Source: Acaryochloris thomasi RCC1774
Lineage (GTDB): Bacteria; Cyanobacteriota; Cyanobacteriia; Thermosynechococcales; Thermosynechococcaceae
NCBI RefSeq assembly: GCF_003231495.1
Contig: NZ_PQWO01000001.1
Coordinates: 90,001-122,000 of the forward strand
Direction of reading: 5' to 3'
DNA length: 32,000 nucleotides
The translations under genes were made by a program, and so were the position numbers. Each line of letters begins with the position of its first letter. Position 1 is the first letter of the stretch. The notes under the pieces are model-generated. The model was not told the origin of the DNA, did not search any database, and worked only from the letters and a program-made list of their open reading frames with translations. Below, piece after piece: positions 28,485 to 32,000 of the stretch.

Positions 28485-28765
28485 TTTGGTTGCCTGCCGC
28501 AGTTCAAGACATTATTCACATTCGCACCTACATCTCTGATAACGATCCGGTATCGGCTCGCAATGTTGCACAGAGAATTGATCAATCGGTTAGCAATCTA
28601 GCTAAGATGCCCAATATGGGACGACCGGGACGTTTATTGGGAACTCGTGAACTCGTGGTTAGTGGCACACCCTATTTAGCCGTATATCGGGTTCAAAATA
28701 GTCGTGTTGAGATTCTGCGGGTTTTACATGGACGTCAGCCTTTTCCTGATAACGACACAATTTGA
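28475..28765 (+). CDS. parE: ParE/RelE-family toxin
   Basis: 96-aa ORF paralogous to 22188-22469. Shared blocks are IVW, GRPGR..GTRELV..G.PY.AVY.V......ILRVLHG.Q. Confidence 0.85.
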   Translation: MPIVWLPAAVQDIIHIRTYISDNDPVSARNVAQRIDQSVSNLAKMPNMGRPGRLLGTRELVVSGTPYLAVYRVQNSRVEILRVLHGRQPFPDNDTI

Positions 28766-28771
28766 AGCTCC

Positions 28772-30979
28772 ATGAATCTGATTGATCTTGAGACTGCAGT
28801 TAGCCATATCCATCAATCGTGTGCGGATGAGGAGATTAAGCCATTCTTCTTTGTTGTAGGTGCTGGAATTTCTTTGCCATCAATTCCTTTGGCAAGTCAA
28901 ATTGTAGATGCTTGCAAGAATGTAGCTGCGAAGTGGAAGAGAGATGATGAGCCAGAATTACAGAATGCTAGCGATTCTTATTCACACTGGTTTCAGTTGG
29001 CTTACCCACAGCGGGTGCAGCGCCAGAAGTACCTACGTAATTTGATAGAGGACAAAGCGATTTCTGCTGCTAACCTGCGATTGGCACACTTGTTGCTAGA
29101 TAAGCAGATTACCAATTTGGTCGTCACACCCAATTTTGATGATCTACTGGCTCGGTCGTTAAACCTCTTCGGCGCATCCTATGTCATTTGCGATCACCCA
29201 CAAACGGCTGAGCGAATCGATCCAGAGCGCAATGATTTACAAATCGTTCATGTACATGGAACGTATCAATTTTATGATTGCTGCAACTTGGCTGGTGAAA
29301 TTCAAGAGCGTTCGAAGAATCCTAGTGCAGACAGTTATACGATGCGAGCTTTACTCGACAATATCTTGCTGCGCCGTTCGCCACTTGTGATTGGCTACAG
29401 CGGCTGGGAAGGGGATGTGATTATGGCCGCATTGAAGCGTCGCTTGTCAAGAGGAGCATTGCCAAATAATCTCTACTGGTTCTGCTATCGACGAGAGCAT
29501 ATTGCTGCATTTCCTAATTGGTTAACTGATCATCCCAATGTCTGTTTTGTAGGGCCTGTAGAAAAGTCTCATGAGCATGTTCAGACTGAGGAGACTAATG
29601 AGCCACGGCCTACAGCCTTGACTTCGAGAACACCTAAAAAAGCGATAGAAGAATCCAATAAAAACCTTGTCTCAGGTACCTCAGTTGAGATTACACTATC
29701 GGCACAAGAAATACTTGACAGCTTGGTACGTTCGTTTGGGCTAGAAGCCCCCCTTTTAACGAGAGACCCCCTAAAATTTTTTGCTCAATACCTACGTAAA
29801 TCACTACCCCAAGTTAGGGATCAAGATGATTTATATGCTATTGGCAGTGTCATAGATCGTGTTGGACGTGCAGCGGAACATGAACGTGAAATCATTGAAG
29901 GACAAGCGCAAATTGAGACTTTATTAGAGCCTTTTCGAGATGCACTACGCAGATCAAAGTACCGTGAGGCAGTCCAAATAATTTATAAGCTTGATACGAA
30001 AGTTCTTAATGACCGACAGCGCTGCGATTTAATTTCTAGTCTATGGGATGCAGCTTTAGCTCTAAATGATAGTCCTGATGATGTAATAGATGCTTGTGAA
30101 CAGATTTTGCTGCTGGGGGAGATTTTGACACAGCCGATACCAAAATCAAGTGTCCATACAATTGCAAATGCTCTTTTCAAGAAAGCATATATTCTCCAGA
30201 AAATGGAGCGTTGGGAAGAGGCGATTATTGCTTGGGATCAGTTAATTATAAAATACTCTGAGTTTCCCGCAATTACCTTACAAGAAAAAGTAGCAACTGC
30301 GCTTCTAAAAAAGGGATGGATTTTCCATGAGTTAAAGCATCATGAAGAAGCGATCAAGATGTATAAACAGATTGTTGAGAAATACTCCGACTCTCCTGAA
30401 ACAGTCTTACATGTACGGGTTGCAAATGCACTGTTATTTGAAGCACAAAGTCTCTATGAGTTGGAACGCTATGATGAAATATTGCCTGCTCTTGAACAGT
30501 CTATTGGGAAATACTCTGACTCGCCTGAAACAGATATACAAGAACAAGTCGCGCTGGCTATGCGCTGTAAGGGTTATCTCCTTATCGAGTTGGAGCGTCA
30601 GGCAGAGGCGATCACTGCCTTCGACGAAGCTATTAAGAAGTTCATTGAGTTTTCTGCAACTGAATTAAAAGAACAAGTTGCGGGAGCACTTGTCGAGAAA
30701 GGAAGTACGCTCTTCGAGTTGGAGTTTTTCGAGGAAGGAATAGCTGCCTATGATCAGGTTATTGAGAAATACTCTGATTCTGCTGAAAGTGCCTTACAAG
30801 AACAAGTTGCAAAGGCACTTATCTTCAAGGGTGCTTCCCTTGAAGCACTGGAGGAGCAAGAAGAAGCAACAGCAATTTACAATCAGGTTATCGAGAGGTT
30901 TTCGAATTCACCTGAACCAGCCTTAAAAGAACAGGTACGTCAGGCTCGCCTCAATACAGAGAAAATCTCAGAGTTATAA
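28772..30979 (+). CDS. SIR2-like (SIR2_2-type) NADase domain protein with C-terminal TPR/Sel1-like repeat array
   Basis: 735 aa. The N-terminal ~260 aa carry FFVVGAGISLPSIPL (GAGxS Rossmann loop, G30), VVTPNFDDLLARS (TTNYDxLxE-like, N121), IVHVHGTY (H162) and PLVIGYSGWEGDVI (FxGYSxxD-like). Residues ~450-735 are 43-residue helical repeats. The ATG lies 6 nt after the parE-2 stop. Confidence 0.75.
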   Translation: MNLIDLETAVSHIHQSCADEEIKPFFFVVGAGISLPSIPLASQIVDACKNVAAKWKRDDEPELQNASDSYSHWFQLAYPQRVQRQKYLRNLIEDKAISAANLRLAHLLLDKQITNLVVTPNFDDLLARSLNLFGASYVICDHPQTAERIDPERNDLQIVHVHGTYQFYDCCNLAGEIQERSKNPSADSYTMRALLDNILLRRSPLVIGYSGWEGDVIMAALKRRLSRGALPNNLYWFCYRREHIAAFPNWLTDHPNVCFVGPVEKSHEHVQTEETNEPRPTALTSRTPKKAIEESNKNLVSGTSVEITLSAQEILDSLVRSFGLEAPLLTRDPLKFFAQYLRKSLPQVRDQDDLYAIGSVIDRVGRAAEHEREIIEGQAQIETLLEPFRDALRRSKYREAVQIIYKLDTKVLNDRQRCDLISSLWDAALALNDSPDDVIDACEQILLLGEILTQPIPKSSVHTIANALFKKAYILQKMERWEEAIIAWDQLIIKYSEFPAITLQEKVATALLKKGWIFHELKHHEEAIKMYKQIVEKYSDSPETVLHVRVANALLFEAQSLYELERYDEILPALEQSIGKYSDSPETDIQEQVALAMRCKGYLLIELERQAEAITAFDEAIKKFIEFSATELKEQVAGALVEKGSTLFELEFFEEGIAAYDQVIEKYSDSAESALQEQVAKALIFKGASLEALEEQEEATAIYNQVIERFSNSPEPALKEQVRQARLNTEKISEL
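30122..30976 (+). repeat. in-frame 129-bp (43-aa) tandem repeat array inside the SIR2-TPR gene
   Basis: Units start near 30122, 30251, 30380, 30509, 30638, 30767 and 30896 (the last is partial). The consensus is KYSDSPE..LQEQVA.AL..KG..L.ELER.EEAI.AYDQVIE. Confidence 0.8.
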
Positions 30980-31108
30980 AGTCTGTTTGACTGATGAAAC
31001 CTACAACGCTTGAAATGTCGAGTGTGTGGCAAGTTCAAGAACAGGGGGAGTAAATTTATATGATCGCCCTGCGCCACTATGCGTTAGGGAATTTCTTATT
31101 GTGATCTG

Positions 31109-31330
31109 TTAGGACCCAAAATGAGCATCGAGTTTGTTCAGTACACTCAGCCCCTTCTCAACTGACCCACATGCAGCCATCGCCCGGAACCGGGTTTCAG
31201 CATCAAATTCCGCCAATGCCTGAGTCGACAACTCCTCAATAAGCTTGTTGACGCTAATCTTACGATGGCTGGCAAGGGCTTTGAGACGTGAGTGCTTATC
31301 GTCAGGGATGCGTATCGTTAGCGTTGCCAT
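31109..31330 (-). CDS. ribbon-helix-helix (Arc/CopG, so-called HicB-type) antitoxin
   Basis: 73-aa ORF, MATLTIRIPDDKHSRLKALASHRKISVNKLIEEL..., with an RHH pattern. The ATG lies 1 nt after the stop of the PIN remnant. Confidence 0.7.
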   Translation of the reverse strand: MATLTIRIPDDKHSRLKALASHRKISVNKLIEELSTQALAEFDAETRFRAMAACGSVEKGLSVLNKLDAHFGS

Positions 31331-31331
31331 A

Positions 31332-31487
31332 TTAGCTACCTCTCAATATTTGGTCCGGCGTTAAGATTGCAAGCTGTGGGAATGTCAGTTGTGCGTTGCG
31401 GAAGTCACGAACATTGTTGGTAATAATCACTTCGGCATTTCCTGCGATCGCAAATTCAAGAACAAGGTTGTCGGAATACAGGAAAAT
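31332..31487 (-). pseudogene. 5'-truncated PIN-domain toxin remnant
   Basis: 51 codons, IFLYSDNLVLEFAIAGNAEVIITNNVRDFRNAQLTFPQLAILTPDQILRGS*, match the C-terminal end of PIN_3-type toxins (D..+LE.A.AG.A+.I+T.N.+DF......+.I.TP...L). There is no start codon, and TAG at 31488-31490 and TGA at 31509-31511 lie just upstream in frame. Confidence 0.55.
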
Positions 31488-31517
31488 CTATGGGTGCGAT
31501 CGCACCTCTCATCCCTC

Positions 31518-31946
31518 CTACAGAAACACACCTGGATCAACCTTAAACTTCTCACCCAAAGCTCGGGCCATCGCCTTAGAAATCCCTCGCTTACCATTGA
31601 AAACCTCAGAAACAACCCCTCGACTGCCGATAACTCCTACAAAGTCAGCCTGTCTCAAGCTGTTGGTCTGGGCCAACTCCAGCAAAAAATCTAGAGGCTG
31701 AGCCTTCATCTCATCAGAAAAAGCATAGTGCTCCTCCTCAAAGCGCTCAATCAGTTGAGTCAGCAATTCCACCAAATCTTCCTCAGCCTGAGTCAAATCA
31801 TCCCGATGAGCCAGTTCTGCAACAGTAGCCAAAGCATCCTCATTATCTTGCTCAGAGCGAATCGGAGTAGGACGATAATGCCCTAGCAAACACTCATAGG
31901 AGTTTCGGTCAATAGTAGGGGTCACGCTTCCAGTCATCCTTGTCAT
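31518..31946 (-). CDS. higA: HigA-family antitoxin (C-terminal XRE-type HTH)
   Basis: 142-aa ORF. It has a central ...LVELLTQLIERFEEEHY and a C-terminal HTH, LRQADFVGVIGSRGVVSEVFNGKRGISKAMARALGEKFKV, as in E. coli-type HigA. The start is uncertain (31946, 31937 or GTG 31925). Confidence 0.75.
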   Translation of the reverse strand: MTRMTGSVTPTIDRNSYECLLGHYRPTPIRSEQDNEDALATVAELAHRDDLTQAEEDLVELLTQLIERFEEEHYAFSDEMKAQPLDFLLELAQTNSLRQADFVGVIGSRGVVSEVFNGKRGISKAMARALGEKFKVDPGVFL

Positions 31947-32000
31947 ACTCCTTATGCGTGAGAACGTACTTGATAAAGATGCGTTGTCTCATGTAATCGA
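31909..32000 (-). CDS. higB: HigB-family toxin, C-terminal part (runs off the window)
   Basis: The minus-strand frame reads ...DYMRQRIFIKYVLTHKEYDKDDWKRDPYY*, with the stop at 31909-31911. This matches the HigB_toxin C-terminal block +IF+K.+.TH.EYDK. It overlaps the higA 5' end. Confidence 0.6.
   Translation of the reverse strand, partial: DYMRQRIFIKYVLTHKEYDKDDWKRDPYY

Noticed and set aside
29181-30668. Alternative-frame ORFs inside the SIR2-TPR gene (29181-29390 +, 29983-30180 -, 30342-30668 +).
   Set aside because: They are out of frame with the domain-bearing ORF. The 30342 ORF merely reflects the 129-bp repeat periodicity.
30980-31108. Search for a toxin gene downstream of the RHH antitoxin (minus strand), and for a terminator between the convergent genes.
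   Set aside because: Only short ORFs without a start codon or toxin-family features are present. The best hairpin (cttgaa...ttcaag) has a 6-bp stem and a 19-nt loop, which is too weak to call.
27472-31443. Absence of HIP1 sites across parDE-2/SIR2/RHH as evidence of foreign origin.
   Set aside because: HIP1-free gaps of similar length (about 4 kb) also occur in apparently native regions, e.g. 13020-17270 and 17279-21769. The gap alone is therefore not informative. Only the local AT-richness is noted.
31389-31701. Two 101-aa plus-strand ORFs.
   Set aside because: They are antisense to the PIN remnant and higA, overlap each other in different frames, and have no motifs.

Overview
This is a cyanobacterial chromosomal segment. 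I counted about 20 copies of the HIP1 palindrome GCGATCGC, and it carries psbV-petJ, ferredoxin-dependent glutamate synthase and glcD. Most of the window is housekeeping or envelope genes: accD, psbV, petJ, a cupin, a minus-strand operon of two alpha/beta hydrolases around queG, queC, a tightly coupled membrane protein-lipoprotein-FHA-glycosyltransferase operon, two GT4 glycosyltransferases, a PatA-type response regulator, a divergent HemF-like gene, a LuxR regulator, MAPEG, a Coq4-like protein, glcD, a pentapeptide protein and glsF. The accessory content is concentrated around glsF. Two paralogous parDE toxin-antitoxin pairs flank it and share a tandem GTNTACAA operator-like motif. The downstream pair is followed 6 nt later by a 735-aa protein with an N-terminal SIR2-type (SIR2_2-like) NADase domain and about 6.5 tandem 43-residue TPR/Sel1-like repeats. 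I consider this parD-parE-SIR2/TPR unit the best candidate for an undescribed anti-phage or abortive-infection system. It sits next to further toxin-antitoxin material: an RHH antitoxin, a 5'-truncated PIN toxin remnant and higBA. Other notable items are a DUF559 endonuclease ORF exactly bracketed by G6/C6-rich inverted repeats with a third solo copy, a decayed psbV2-like gene between psbV and petJ, a HigB-like pseudogene, and another decayed TA remnant upstream of parDE-1. I found no rRNA, tRNA or CRISPR array. All calls rest on reading the sequence and ORF translations; no database search was run.
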